Source: Candidatus Poribacteria bacterium
GTDB taxonomy: Bacteria > Poribacteria > WGA-4E > WGA-3G
Direction: 5' to 3'
DNA length: 64,000 nt
Assembly: GCA_965205025.1 (NCBI GenBank)
Contig: CBDBFU010000029.1
Coordinates: forward strand, 11,299 to 75,298
Both the position numbers and the translations under genes were made by a program. The notes beneath the pieces were generated by a model. The model saw nothing but the letters and a program-made list of their open reading frames with translations. It was not told the DNA's origin and ran no database searches. The stretch's first letter is position 1. Every line of letters starts with the position of its first letter. Positions 9,967 through 19,327 of the stretch are shown here, in pieces.

Positions 9967-10031
9967 AGGTTTTCCAATGCCCCTGAAAGAATGATTCCAT
10001 TCAATAAATTCTGTAGTATGTATTATGGTTA

Positions 10032-10060
10032 ATAATATCTAATTGATTTTGCTCTGTCAA
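10032..10060 (-). promoter_or_regulatory. Putative sigma70 promoter of the oxidoreductase-PhyH-enolase operon
   Basis: TTGACA-17 nt-TATTAT, about 65 bp upstream of the start at 9966. Confidence 0.6.
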
Positions 10061-10359
10061 GTTTTTTAGATTATAGGGTGTTTAAAATTGATACCACAAA
10101 CGCTATTCATATTTCCAAAGTGAGATATAATACCCAATTATGTTAGATGTATGGTACCTGTGACTGGGAAAAGTGTTAATATTTATCGTTTTGAGATGAT
10201 AGCACTTTCACGGAAACCTTCACGGAGCAATTTTACGAAGCCTTATTCTATAAGGGTTTATAATTTAAAGTAGACCAATTTTCCGTGAATCACATACGTT
10301 AATTACACTATAACTTAATTGTGTGTTAAGTACTTATCTGTTTTTCATAGGAAGTGTAT

Positions 10360-10552
10360 TGGGACATAGCACTCCGCTGGAGTGCAAGGTGTTGATATAA
10401 CTTTTTCTATAGACATATCACCCCTCATGAAGTTAAAGAATTTATTCGGGTAATTTCCAGTTTCTTGTAGAATCCGTGCGGTTAGGAAACCGCACCTACC
10501 AGCTCTGGGTCCAAATTACCTATTTTATTTTTTTAACTTCATCTGGGGGTGA
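10360..10552. repeat. Family C REP-like hairpins, the second interrupted by a family A MITE
   Basis: CATAGCACTCCGCTGGAGTGC, then TCACCCCTC[MITE]CTGGGGGTGA. Confidence 0.75.
10427..10542. mobile_element. Family A MITE, copy 3 (divergent)
   Basis: ATGAAGTTAAA...TTTAACTTCAT ends; internal GTGCGGTTAGGAAACCGCACCTAC. Confidence 0.8.
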
Positions 10553-10592
10553 GGAAAGTATCTGAAAAACTGTGTTGTAACGATCAAATTCG

Positions 10593-10638
10593 TTGGTGGT
10601 AATACCATTTCTATTTTGGTGGTAATACCATTTCTATT
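10593..10638. repeat. 23-bp tandem duplication containing a family D left end
   Basis: TTGGTGGTAATACCATTTCTATT present twice. Confidence 0.8.
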
Positions 10639-10707
10639 TATAACATATCTCATAAATCAGATATTTGGGATGCTTTGATCTTGCCATTTGCTATATATTG
10701 AAACAAC

Positions 10708-10730
10708 GGGCGGGGAGACCCCGGCCCTAC
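10708..10730 (-). repeat. GTAG-type REP hairpin
   Basis: Minus strand GTAG-GGCCGGGGTCTCCCCGCCC. Confidence 0.6.
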
Positions 10731-10861
10731 GAAGATAAATTATATTGGCACGAACAATTCGTATTTATGGGATACACTGTATAATACAGACATTTAATCC
10801 TAAATATTCAGACAGTAGATCGTGTTGTTGTTGCATTTCTCTATGCATCGAAAAAATGAAA

Positions 10862-10895
10862 AAAGTTACACTTTTTGTCACACAGTGTGACATTG
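10862..10895. promoter_or_regulatory. Conserved 34-bp palindromic element (second copy at 63773-63806)
   Basis: AAAGTTACACTTTTTGTCACACAGTGTGACATTG; 2 mismatches to the other copy. Confidence 0.6.
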
Positions 10896-11296
10896 AAATT
10901 GGTGTAAATTACCCCTATAACCCCTGTCATAGACTGGCTTCACTCCACTTTGAATTGACTTTATAAGAAATTCGAAAAAATGTGATTTTGTGTTATTGTT
11001 GTGCTTCCTGATTTTGAGATTCCCAACGGTTAAAAAGGTATGCTTTTTTGACGTATATGAAACTTTGTAATTAGGATCGATTTTATAGATAGTCATTAGT
11101 TTATAGTTATTGATTTTTAGTTTGTGTTCTAACCCTTAATTTTCTTCTTATTTTGATAAATACTATTAAAACGTATTTGTGTTTTTGTGATTTATGTATT
11201 TAGTTGTTAGAGATGGGTGTTTTCTTCATTTTTTTATATTTGATTGGTTTCATTTTCTTCTTGTTAATGCCATATACTTTATACACCCGTTGTTAT

Positions 11297-11428
11297 GTAT
11301 GTCTTGAAGTCCTTCACAAACTGGAAGTTTATGCTACATTATGTTTTCTATAGACATAGCACTCCGCTGGAGTGCGCGCTCTACCTGTATCGGTTTTCTA
11401 TAGACATTTCACACCGCTGGTGTGAAGA
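11297..11428. repeat. Uninterrupted GTAG REP plus two family C hairpins
   Basis: CACAAACTGGAAGTTTATGCTAC; GCACTCCGCTGGAGTGC; TCACACCGCTGGTGTGA. Confidence 0.75.
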
Positions 11429-11482
11429 ACTCTAACGATCACAAGGAAGCTAATAAACATCAGCATTCCAGCTATCCTATGG

Positions 11483-11598
11483 ATGAAGATTAATTTTTAA
11501 AATCGGCAATTTTGGAGAAAGATCCCGTGCGGTTAGGAAACCGCACCTACCGGGTTTTGGGAAAATTAGAATTACCAAAATATTTTCTTAAACTTCAT
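11483..11598. mobile_element. Family A MITE, copy 4
   Basis: Near-identical to 6089-6203; splits hairpin TATCCTATGG|TCATAGGATA. Confidence 0.85.
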
Positions 11599-11765
11599 TC
11601 ATAGGATACTATTTAGATGAAACATTAAAAATACTTCTGCCAAAACCTGATCTTATTGTTATTGAGCAAATCACACAGCATCTCGTTTCTATCGGTGCTA
11701 TTCGTCACACACAATTAGAACTAAATCCATGATAATTGGCGAAGGTATTGATACTATAAAATATA

Positions 11766-12058
11766 TTTTTTACGATTTTGCACCTTTTGGGGTATAAAAC
11801 ATGTGTCTTTAATTATAAAGGGTGTCATATTAATATTTTGTTAAAAGTGCAAATTACGAAGGTAGATTATATGTGATAGAGAATTTGAGAGCAAACGTTC
11901 TCGTCTTAAGTATCATTTCGTGTCTACAAATGGAAAGGTATGGTAATCACTGAAGAGGAATCATCACGACTGAGAATTTACATTTTTTTTACGATTTTGC
12001 ACCTTTTGAAGTATAAAACATGGGTCATTTAATTATAGAGGCAGGTAATATTTTTTGT
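11766..12058 (+). repeat. Two imperfect direct repeats of about 65-70 bp upstream of the island (possible tandem promoters)
   Basis: TTTTTACGATTTTGCACCTTTTG..GTATAAAACATG.GTC.TTTAATTATA.AGG at about 11767 and 11986. Confidence 0.75.
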
Positions 12059-12295
12059 TGGAATATATATGTCAAGCGTTGCTAAGTATTTAGGATGTTA
12101 GAATCTCTATGATTAAGGCAACACATTGACGCACATATATGGAGACACCGCCGCTATAGGGCAAAGTTATGGTTATACATAAATGTACCCAGTGGTGTCA
12201 ATAAAGTCTCCAATCAGATAGATATAGTTAAATCATATCTATCTGGAACAACATCTTCGCTAATTATCTGAATTTTAATTGTTCTACTTAGCAGT

Positions 12296-14332
12296 ATGAT
12301 GAACATAGGTAAATATCTAATAACCTTTACATATCTTATTACATTTTTACTTGTATCAGTAAAGCCTGCAACAGCATTAACCATTTTCTATTCTGGTGAA
12401 GAATATGGAAAACTTGGTTTGCATGGGTGTGGTAGCGAGCAAGTTGGCGGATTAGCACATAGACATACACTTATATCAGAGTTACGTACAGATTTTGATG
12501 CAGTCTTGAATCTGCATACAGGTAATTTCATAGATGCCACAGATGAAAATGCGGAGTGGATTTATCAGATAGGTCTTACCGCGTTAGATCCGATGGATAT
12601 TGATGTATTTTGTCTTGGTCCTCAAGAGTTATCTTTCAGTTCAGAAACACTTGCTGCACTACACGTTAATTATCCAGATATTGTTTTTACTTGTGCAAAT
12701 GCAAAACAGAGTGTTGGGAATCGCTATTTGATTCATAAAGTGAATTCAATCAACGTCGCAGTCGTCGGTTTAATATCTCAAACCTATATCAAAGAACTAC
12801 CAAACCTTGAACTGACACAACCCCATACGACTTTGACTGAATTGAAAGCGGAACTTGACACCAAAAGTGAAGTTGTGGTTGTTGTGTTTCATGCTACACA
12901 AGATGAAGCACAAACTTTAGTTGATGCGATGCCATGGATAGACATTCTGATTGTTGTAAACAGTGAACAATCGACATCTTTGAGTTATGAACGATTGCCT
13001 GATGATAAGGAACTGGCAATTGTAGTTAATGCCACAGAAGGTGCTGCTGTTGGCGCATTAACGGTGGAAATTGATAAAAACGGACAAGCACAAGCAGTTG
13101 AAAACCGATACTATAACGTCTCTGAGAAAATAACACCTAACACAAACATTTCACATCTTTTAGAGGCTTATGAGACGTTGACAACATCTGAATCCTTTGA
13201 CACCGTTGATCATCAAGAATCTGATAATTCAATACATATTGTCTATTTCCACAAACAGGGCTGCCATAAGTGTGCTCGTGCTGTGAAGATACTCAAAAGA
13301 TTAAAAGATAAGTATCCGCAGATTGTTGTTGACCAACGCAACCCTAAAACAGAACAGACACTTTTTGAAGCGATGGGTACACTTTACGATGTACCTAAAA
13401 TTAAACGGCTTACTACACCCGCTGTTTTTATCGGAGATGCGGCTTTTATAGGGGATTTGGATGAATATGGACTTGAGACTGTTATCCAAAAGTATCTTAC
13501 AATGGGTGTAACTTCTCGAATAAAGGAGGCAGAAACATATAAGGATACTGCTGAAACCGAGATTGTTAACAGGTTTCACGGATTCGGTATTTTGACAGTT
13601 GCGGGTGCCGGTTTGCTGGATGGGATTAACCCGTGTGCATTTGCTACGATTGTGTTTTTCATCTCTTATATGAATCTGGTCGGACGTGGACGCAAAGAGA
13701 TGTTGATTGCTGGAGGTGCATTTGCATTTGCGGTGTTTGGTACGTATTTGCTTTTGGGATTAGGTACGCTTTCGTTTATGAACTACATCAACCAATTTTC
13801 TGGCATCGCGAAATGTATCTATCTGTTAGCTGCTACTGCTACATTTGCATTGGCAGGACTCAGTTTATATGACGCTGTTAAGGCAAAGCAAGGTAAAACG
13901 AAAGACATTTTGTTGCAACTACCTCGCGCGCTGAAACAAATGTTTACGCGGACCATAATTTTCTGTTTACTCGCGGTGTTCTTTTCTGTAAGTAACATGT
14001 TGTATACCGATGCATGGGAGATGGCAGAGGCAGACAAACGGTGTAAAGAAGAGCGGCATGCAAGATGGGATCCTCACGCTTGTGGTGCTTTTGGAGTGGA
14101 CAATTGTGAAGGTAATGAGGTTGAATTCAAGGCGGATCCCGGCCCCTGTATCGGTAATTACGAAGGGTGGGAATGCGACCAGAATGGTCCGACAGAAGAA
14201 TATTCTGTTGGAAAAATAAAATGTAATTTGATAACGCCTAAACATCCAAAGAAACCATTTTGTAAGGGTTATGACAGAGATCTTCCAGACCTTAAAGATG
14301 TTCCGGCATGCAGGGATAGGAAAAAGTCCTAA
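12296..14332 (+). CDS. Chimeric ORF: 5'-nucleotidase-like metallophosphoesterase fold + thioredoxin-like CxxC + truncated CcdA/DsbD-type TM domain + Cys-rich secreted module
   Basis: Signal peptide; G.L..HGC...QVGGLAHR; FHKQGCHKC and TPAVFIG; AGLLDGINPCAF; abrupt switch after LQLPRALKQ to a second signal peptide. Confidence 0.7.
   Translation: MMNIGKYLITFTYLITFLLVSVKPATALTIFYSGEEYGKLGLHGCGSEQVGGLAHRHTLISELRTDFDAVLNLHTGNFIDATDENAEWIYQIGLTALDPMDIDVFCLGPQELSFSSETLAALHVNYPDIVFTCANAKQSVGNRYLIHKVNSINVAVVGLISQTYIKELPNLELTQPHTTLTELKAELDTKSEVVVVVFHATQDEAQTLVDAMPWIDILIVVNSEQSTSLSYERLPDDKELAIVVNATEGAAVGALTVEIDKNGQAQAVENRYYNVSEKITPNTNISHLLEAYETLTTSESFDTVDHQESDNSIHIVYFHKQGCHKCARAVKILKRLKDKYPQIVVDQRNPKTEQTLFEAMGTLYDVPKIKRLTTPAVFIGDAAFIGDLDEYGLETVIQKYLTMGVTSRIKEAETYKDTAETEIVNRFHGFGILTVAGAGLLDGINPCAFATIVFFISYMNLVGRGRKEMLIAGGAFAFAVFGTYLLLGLGTLSFMNYINQFSGIAKCIYLLAATATFALAGLSLYDAVKAKQGKTKDILLQLPRALKQMFTRTIIFCLLAVFFSVSNMLYTDAWEMAEADKRCKEERHARWDPHACGAFGVDNCEGNEVEFKADPGPCIGNYEGWECDQNGPTEEYSVGKIKCNLITPKHPKKPFCKGYDRDLPDLKDVPACRDRKKS
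13940..14332 (+). CDS. Cys-rich secreted mini-protein (130 aa, 8 Cys in the mature part), in frame with the upstream ORF
   Basis: Own ATG; signal peptide MFTRTIIFCLLAVFFSVSNMLYTDA; charged mature region with 8 Cys. Confidence 0.6.
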   Translation: MFTRTIIFCLLAVFFSVSNMLYTDAWEMAEADKRCKEERHARWDPHACGAFGVDNCEGNEVEFKADPGPCIGNYEGWECDQNGPTEEYSVGKIKCNLITPKHPKKPFCKGYDRDLPDLKDVPACRDRKKS

Positions 14333-14366
14333 TTCGCTTCTTGTCCCGCAGGGATCAATACTAATT

Positions 14367-14408
14367 GGGCAGAGACATCGGACTTTCTTGTTGCGCAGTC
14401 CTCTGCCC
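14367..14408 (+). terminator. Stem-loop after the Cys-rich gene (attenuator or mRNA stabiliser)
   Basis: GGGCAGAG...CTCTGCCC stem followed by TTTCCTT. Confidence 0.5.
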
Positions 14409-14431
14409 TTTCCTTCAATAAGTGATTTAAA

Positions 14432-15523
14432 ATGAAGCCAGTTTGTATTCTATTTTTTTTCATGTTGCTTTTACTGACAAGCATTCAAACCGGAGGTGGA
14501 CAAATGGATACCGAAACGCTTATTCAGTTCTTGAATTTTTCTCAAACGCTCATTCAGGATGGAGAACTCAAATTGATGATGTATAATAGGTTTCCTACTC
14601 CTCCGGAAGAAGTTGGAGCGGAAAGCCGCAAATTGGTGGCCGGGTTTGAACGCGAGCTCCGCGATCTTCCTCCTGACGCACCTAATTTTGATATGCGCCG
14701 AAACAGAATTATTAAATATATTGAAGAAGAAAAGAAGTACGGTGGTTCACGGGATGCAGACTATAATTATCAGTTCTCGGAGTTGAACCTTACGTTTCAG
14801 TTGCATCTTGATTCTGGAAGAGTAGATTACAGACTTGAACGTATTCTTCCACTTGAACACTTCCCATCACTTGCGTTGAAACGCTTCCGTGGTGCTGGTG
14901 GGCAGTACTTTTTTTTCTCAAATAGGTTTCAGTCTCTTAAGATACGGCCCCCTAATCCTTTCAAGAATATTAGAAGCATGGCAACTATTTCTAAGTTAAT
15001 TAAACAAGATAAGGACTGGGATATGGATTTTCAATATGCTGTAGTTAACGATGCTACTACATTTCCGCCCGTGTACTTGATAGATATTAATGAAGCACAA
15101 GTCTCACAGTATGAAGTCAATGGCGAAGATGTCACCACCATTACTCATGTCTTGCCCCCATCTGGTGACGCGGCAGTGAAGATTGTAGTTTATATCCGCT
15201 TTGTCTCAGGGATACCACAGATATTCCGAGAGGAGTTCTACTATCAGAGCCAGTCTCCTCGGATGGATAAAGATGGTTTTTGGTTACGAGTTGTTTATGA
15301 CTACAGGGACTTTGAAATAGTTGGAAATTTAAATATCGCTATCCCAAAAGTAAAGGAAACGAAAGAGTACCGCAATGTTGATGGGTTCGTGCGTTTTCAT
15401 TCTGTTCTCACAATAAAAGAGATGAACTTCAATGTGGGATTCCCCGCTAACTTTTTTGATTGGGATGAGAAAGAACTCACAAATGATAATGGAGAAAGCG
15501 CAAACATTCGTGAGTTGAAATAA
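14432..15523 (+). CDS. Exported hypothetical protein, possible LolA-like fold
   Basis: Signal peptide; beta-rich C-terminal half with Y.DF.....IAIPK and IKEMNFNVGFPANFFD. Confidence 0.6.
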   Translation: MKPVCILFFFMLLLLTSIQTGGGQMDTETLIQFLNFSQTLIQDGELKLMMYNRFPTPPEEVGAESRKLVAGFERELRDLPPDAPNFDMRRNRIIKYIEEEKKYGGSRDADYNYQFSELNLTFQLHLDSGRVDYRLERILPLEHFPSLALKRFRGAGGQYFFFSNRFQSLKIRPPNPFKNIRSMATISKLIKQDKDWDMDFQYAVVNDATTFPPVYLIDINEAQVSQYEVNGEDVTTITHVLPPSGDAAVKIVVYIRFVSGIPQIFREEFYYQSQSPRMDKDGFWLRVVYDYRDFEIVGNLNIAIPKVKETKEYRNVDGFVRFHSVLTIKEMNFNVGFPANFFDWDEKELTNDNGESANIRELK

Positions 15524-15535
15524 GTTCAGGAAATA

Positions 15536-16564
15536 ATGGAAAAAATGAATTATTATTTCGCGTTTCTAATGCTAATATTTTGCAGTAGTATATATTTGTT
15601 ACAGGGCTGCACATCTGATCGCGCCTCAAAAGTTGTGTTTTCAAAAGAAACACATAATTTCTCAGAACCTTTCATTGTCGGTTCAGAGATTGTCACCACC
15701 TTTTCTTTCACCAACGAAGGCAACGCGTCATTGCACATTCAAAAGATAGATTCGGATTGTGGATGTGTTGCTACAAATACCTCTTCGGATAAGATTGCGT
15801 CGGGTGGCAAAGGGAAAATTCGTGTTGCTGTTGAACGGGATGTTGGTAGGTTCAGTCAAAACGTATTTGTTTCTACCAATGATCCTACTACACCGATGGT
15901 ACGGTTAGAGGTTTCAGGTGTAATTGTGCCGCCTGTGGCATATCCCAAGAAAATCGAAATCGGAAAACTTGAAAAAGGAACACGTGTCTCTAAAAAGATT
16001 ACGTTTACAAATAACTTGGAAAACGCAGTTGAGATAACCGGACACACGGTGAGCAACAAAAACATAGTTGTCAAGCTACCTAAGAAAAGCATCCCAGCAG
16101 GTGAGAGTATTGAATGTGAAGCAGTCTTAACACTGAACAATGTAGGTTTATATAGCGAGTCAATAACGATTACTGCACAAGCACAGGAAGTACTCCCTGG
16201 CACCGATTCTAAGGAATTGGAGATGTCCATTCAATTTCAGGGACGTGTGTTAGGTGGGATTGTCGTGTTACCGCAGAACCTGTTCCTGGGTGTACTGGAT
16301 GGCTCAGGCAAGAGTCTGCAGAAGCAGGTTCAAATTAAGACAGATGGCAGGCGTCCCTTCGTTTTGAAAAAAGTAACCGCCGATAACTTTTCAGTGGCAG
16401 CGTCCCTTGCGAAGGAACCGCAAACAGCGCATGAGGTTGAACTTTCTATCACACCAAAGACTGACACTACATCATCAGGACTTGTTGAAGGCGAGATCCA
16501 AATATTCACAACCCATCCGGATGTACCTGAGATTACCATCCCCGTTAAGGCAGTAACCCCATGA
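15536..16564 (+). CDS. DUF1573 / Ig-like repeat lipoprotein
   Basis: LLQGC lipobox; F.FTNEG...L.I....SDCGC and V.TNDP motifs; three Ig-like repeats. Confidence 0.8.
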   Translation: MEKMNYYFAFLMLIFCSSIYLLQGCTSDRASKVVFSKETHNFSEPFIVGSEIVTTFSFTNEGNASLHIQKIDSDCGCVATNTSSDKIASGGKGKIRVAVERDVGRFSQNVFVSTNDPTTPMVRLEVSGVIVPPVAYPKKIEIGKLEKGTRVSKKITFTNNLENAVEITGHTVSNKNIVVKLPKKSIPAGESIECEAVLTLNNVGLYSESITITAQAQEVLPGTDSKELEMSIQFQGRVLGGIVVLPQNLFLGVLDGSGKSLQKQVQIKTDGRRPFVLKKVTADNFSVAASLAKEPQTAHEVELSITPKTDTTSSGLVEGEIQIFTTHPDVPEITIPVKAVTP

Positions 16565-17358
16565 AAAATATCTTGTGGATACTATTTTTAATATTCGGCA
16601 TAATCATGGCTTGTGAACTCCCTGGACCACAACAAGATGAACCGAACAAGGAGCAACAGATGGCACAAACTGAGATGATAAAAATAGAAGGTGGCACGGT
16701 AGACCCTTTTGGTACTGGAGAAACAGTGAATGTACCCTCATTCTACCTTGACAAACACCTTGTCACATATCAAGAGTATAATCAGTTTATTGAGGATGGA
16801 GGTTACAAAAAGAAAAAGTATTGGTCAGAAGAAGGACGCAAATTTCTTGAAAAATACGAGTTTTGGGTGCCATCTACGTATCATGAGGACTATCTAAATC
16901 GTAAAAATTTACCTGTGACTGGAATAAGTTGGTATGAAGCTGAGGCTTATGCGAATTGGCGAGGGGCACGGTTACCTACTACTGCGGAGTGGACACTCGC
17001 CTGCCAAGGCGCCACGAAGCAGCGTTACCCATGGGGAAATGAATTTGATTTTGAAGCAATTGATTATCGCGCACGTTTAGCTCCCTATGCTGTTGGAACC
17101 CGCGAAAAGAACGTCAGTCCTGTAGGGGTATATGACCTTGTTGGGAATGTGTGGCAATGGTGTTCGGATGCTTATGAGGGTAAGGATTTTCGTCTGGAAG
17201 CAGAACCGACCGGCACAAAACCGGGACCGTTGAAAATCCTGCGTGGTGGTGCATGGATGTCTCTTCGAAGACACTTTGAATCGGATTATCTCTATTACGA
17301 TAAACCTTTTCACAGACTCGCAACGTACGGGTTCCGATGTGCAAAGGATGTTGAATAG
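16561..17358 (+). CDS. FGE-sulfatase (SUMF1/EgtB/PvdO) domain lipoprotein, probably non-catalytic
   Basis: IMAC lipobox; PV..ISWYEA.AYA.W...RLPT.AEW, YPWG, GNVWQW, RGGAW and GFRC motifs; no FGE CxxxxC pair. Confidence 0.88.
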   Translation: MKNILWILFLIFGIIMACELPGPQQDEPNKEQQMAQTEMIKIEGGTVDPFGTGETVNVPSFYLDKHLVTYQEYNQFIEDGGYKKKKYWSEEGRKFLEKYEFWVPSTYHEDYLNRKNLPVTGISWYEAEAYANWRGARLPTTAEWTLACQGATKQRYPWGNEFDFEAIDYRARLAPYAVGTREKNVSPVGVYDLVGNVWQWCSDAYEGKDFRLEAEPTGTKPGPLKILRGGAWMSLRRHFESDYLYYDKPFHRLATYGFRCAKDVE

Positions 17359-17366
17359 GTAGTTAT

Positions 17367-19304
17367 ATGCGCGCTACCCTTTTTCAATGGTGTCGCACCG
17401 GCAGTTATTTTTTAGGTGCTCTCTTCTTTCTCTGGCTTGGATATTGGATCCAAGAGCATTTTGTTGTCCAAGACAGTATTCATGATAAGAACGTGCTTCT
17501 AATTTTTAGAGAGGCACCATACCAGTCACGTTATTGTCCTCTCTGGTGTGCCAATCTAATTGCTGGTGGACTTCTGTTATGCGCGCTATTTTTGATTGTG
17601 CCGGTTACCCGTGTTTTGCGCCTGCGATGGTTTCATTTCGCTATTTTTTGTTTGTTATTATTAATATGTGTATTGCCGATACAGTTACACTTTGATGCGG
17701 GACGTTTAAAACATGACACTCTTCTTACTCGCCTTTCATACCGTCTAATTCTTAACAGTATCGGTATAGTTTTATGTTTTCGAGGCTTAGTTTGTATGCC
17801 AAGACCGATAAAACTCCATGCTGTGCTTGACCGTTTTTTTCTATGGATAAGCAGCATCCGTCAACGTGCGTTTTTAGTCGGATCGTTTATCAGTTGCTTT
17901 ATGATATGCGGCTTCCTCTCTTGGTATGTTTTCGATGGGGTGCCAGGATTCGTTGACTCCTGCGCATATATGTTTCAAGCCCGCCTATTCGCGCATGGTA
18001 TGCTTTATGCACCGCTACCTATTGAACCTCAATTTTTTGAAGCCTTGCATACCATCCTCTCTGACAAATGGTATACGGTGTATCCGCCTGGGTATCCTGC
18101 AATACTTGCGATAGGCGTGATTTTCAGAATATCTTGGCTTGTAAATCCGCTTCTTGGTGCTTTTACAATCGTTTGCATTTATCTACTTGCAAAGGAACTT
18201 TACGGAGACAACATTGGAAAACTCTCTGCTATATTAGCATGCGCGAGTGTTTTTTTTCTGTTCATGTCTTCAGAATTTGCCTCCCATACTTCAACTCTCT
18301 TTTTTATTACGTTAGCATTTCTCAGTTTCGTGTGGATGGTTAAAAAGAAACGTCCACACCTTTCAGCAGTCGTCTGTGGAATATGTTTAGGGGTTGCACT
18401 CTTGTGTCGTCCTTATACAGCGTTCTGGATTTGTGTGCCGATGGGTATTGCAGCAATTGCAACACGAAAAAAGTTGTCGCTTCGGCTTGTTCTCATTGGT
18501 GCGATACCCCTTCTTCTTGCATGTTTAGCATTTCTTGCTTACAACTATGCGACAACAGGACACCCACTTCTTTTGGGGTATATTCAGATGCATGGTAAAA
18601 ACCACTATCCAGGTTTTCACCAAGAGCCATGGGGACATCAGGTCCACACTGTAAAACAAGGATTCAAATATGTTTTTGAGAACCTGAATGCACTGGACTA
18701 TTACCTATTTGAGTGGCCGATCCCCGCTCTACTTTTCGTATGTGTTTTCCTTGCGTATGGCAAAAAGAGACTCTGGGAATGGTTGCTGGTTGGATGGATA
18801 GTAACGTTGTTCGTGGGACATTTTTTTTATTTTTTCAACCAGTTGGATTTCGGACCGCGCTTTGTATACGAATGTTTACCAGCGTTAATTCTATTAACAA
18901 GCCGTGGATTATCATTGAGTACGCAATTTATAACTTCACGGTGGAAGACTTTATCTGATGCACACGCTCGAAATATCCTCTGTTATACGCTTTTTGGCCT
19001 TTTTGTGTTTGCATTTCTATTCAATGTCCCGTCAACAGCAAAGTTCTATCAAAATCAGTATGGACCAGATGTGACAATTCAGAAATATCTTAACAAAAAC
19101 GATGTTGCACAAGCATTAGTCTTTGTAAGAGGGATTCGTTCCTATCAGGTGCATTATCCATTCAACGCGCCTTTTGCCACCCCGCATATCTATGCCAAAG
19201 ATAGAGGCAGTGAAAACAAGAAACTTGCTGAAGAGTTCCCAGGCTACCGTTATTTCATTGCTGATCAAGGAAAGGTTGAGGAAGTTTCGGTTGATGAACT
19301 CTGA
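17367..19304 (+). CDS. GT-C fold (ArnT/PMT-like) glycosyltransferase
   Basis: Polytopic membrane protein; D...YMFQA, YPPGYP..LA.G, SH, RP, YNYATTG.P and GPRF.YE motifs. Confidence 0.82.
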   Translation: MRATLFQWCRTGSYFLGALFFLWLGYWIQEHFVVQDSIHDKNVLLIFREAPYQSRYCPLWCANLIAGGLLLCALFLIVPVTRVLRLRWFHFAIFCLLLLICVLPIQLHFDAGRLKHDTLLTRLSYRLILNSIGIVLCFRGLVCMPRPIKLHAVLDRFFLWISSIRQRAFLVGSFISCFMICGFLSWYVFDGVPGFVDSCAYMFQARLFAHGMLYAPLPIEPQFFEALHTILSDKWYTVYPPGYPAILAIGVIFRISWLVNPLLGAFTIVCIYLLAKELYGDNIGKLSAILACASVFFLFMSSEFASHTSTLFFITLAFLSFVWMVKKKRPHLSAVVCGICLGVALLCRPYTAFWICVPMGIAAIATRKKLSLRLVLIGAIPLLLACLAFLAYNYATTGHPLLLGYIQMHGKNHYPGFHQEPWGHQVHTVKQGFKYVFENLNALDYYLFEWPIPALLFVCVFLAYGKKRLWEWLLVGWIVTLFVGHFFYFFNQLDFGPRFVYECLPALILLTSRGLSLSTQFITSRWKTLSDAHARNILCYTLFGLFVFAFLFNVPSTAKFYQNQYGPDVTIQKYLNKNDVAQALVFVRGIRSYQVHYPFNAPFATPHIYAKDRGSENKKLAEEFPGYRYFIADQGKVEEVSVDEL

Positions 19305-19327
19305 CAATAAGAAAGGTTGGTAAAACA

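Noticed and set aside
10745-11096. Short ORFs 10745-10966 and 10878-11096
   Set aside because: No RBS or recognisable motifs; they overlap a conserved non-coding palindrome in AT-rich DNA.
12120-12215. c-di-GMP-I riboswitch (GGCAAA and GACGCA-like words)
   Set aside because: Motif order and stems do not fit the consensus; kept only as a generic structured leader.
12296-13400. Selenoprotein or multiheme cytochrome c
   Set aside because: No in-frame TGA and no CxxCH; CHKC is followed by Ala and fits a thioredoxin fold.
16561-17358. DGR target (FGE/CLec fold) or active formylglycine-generating enzyme
   Set aside because: No template repeat or reverse transcriptase in the window; catalytic Cys pair absent.
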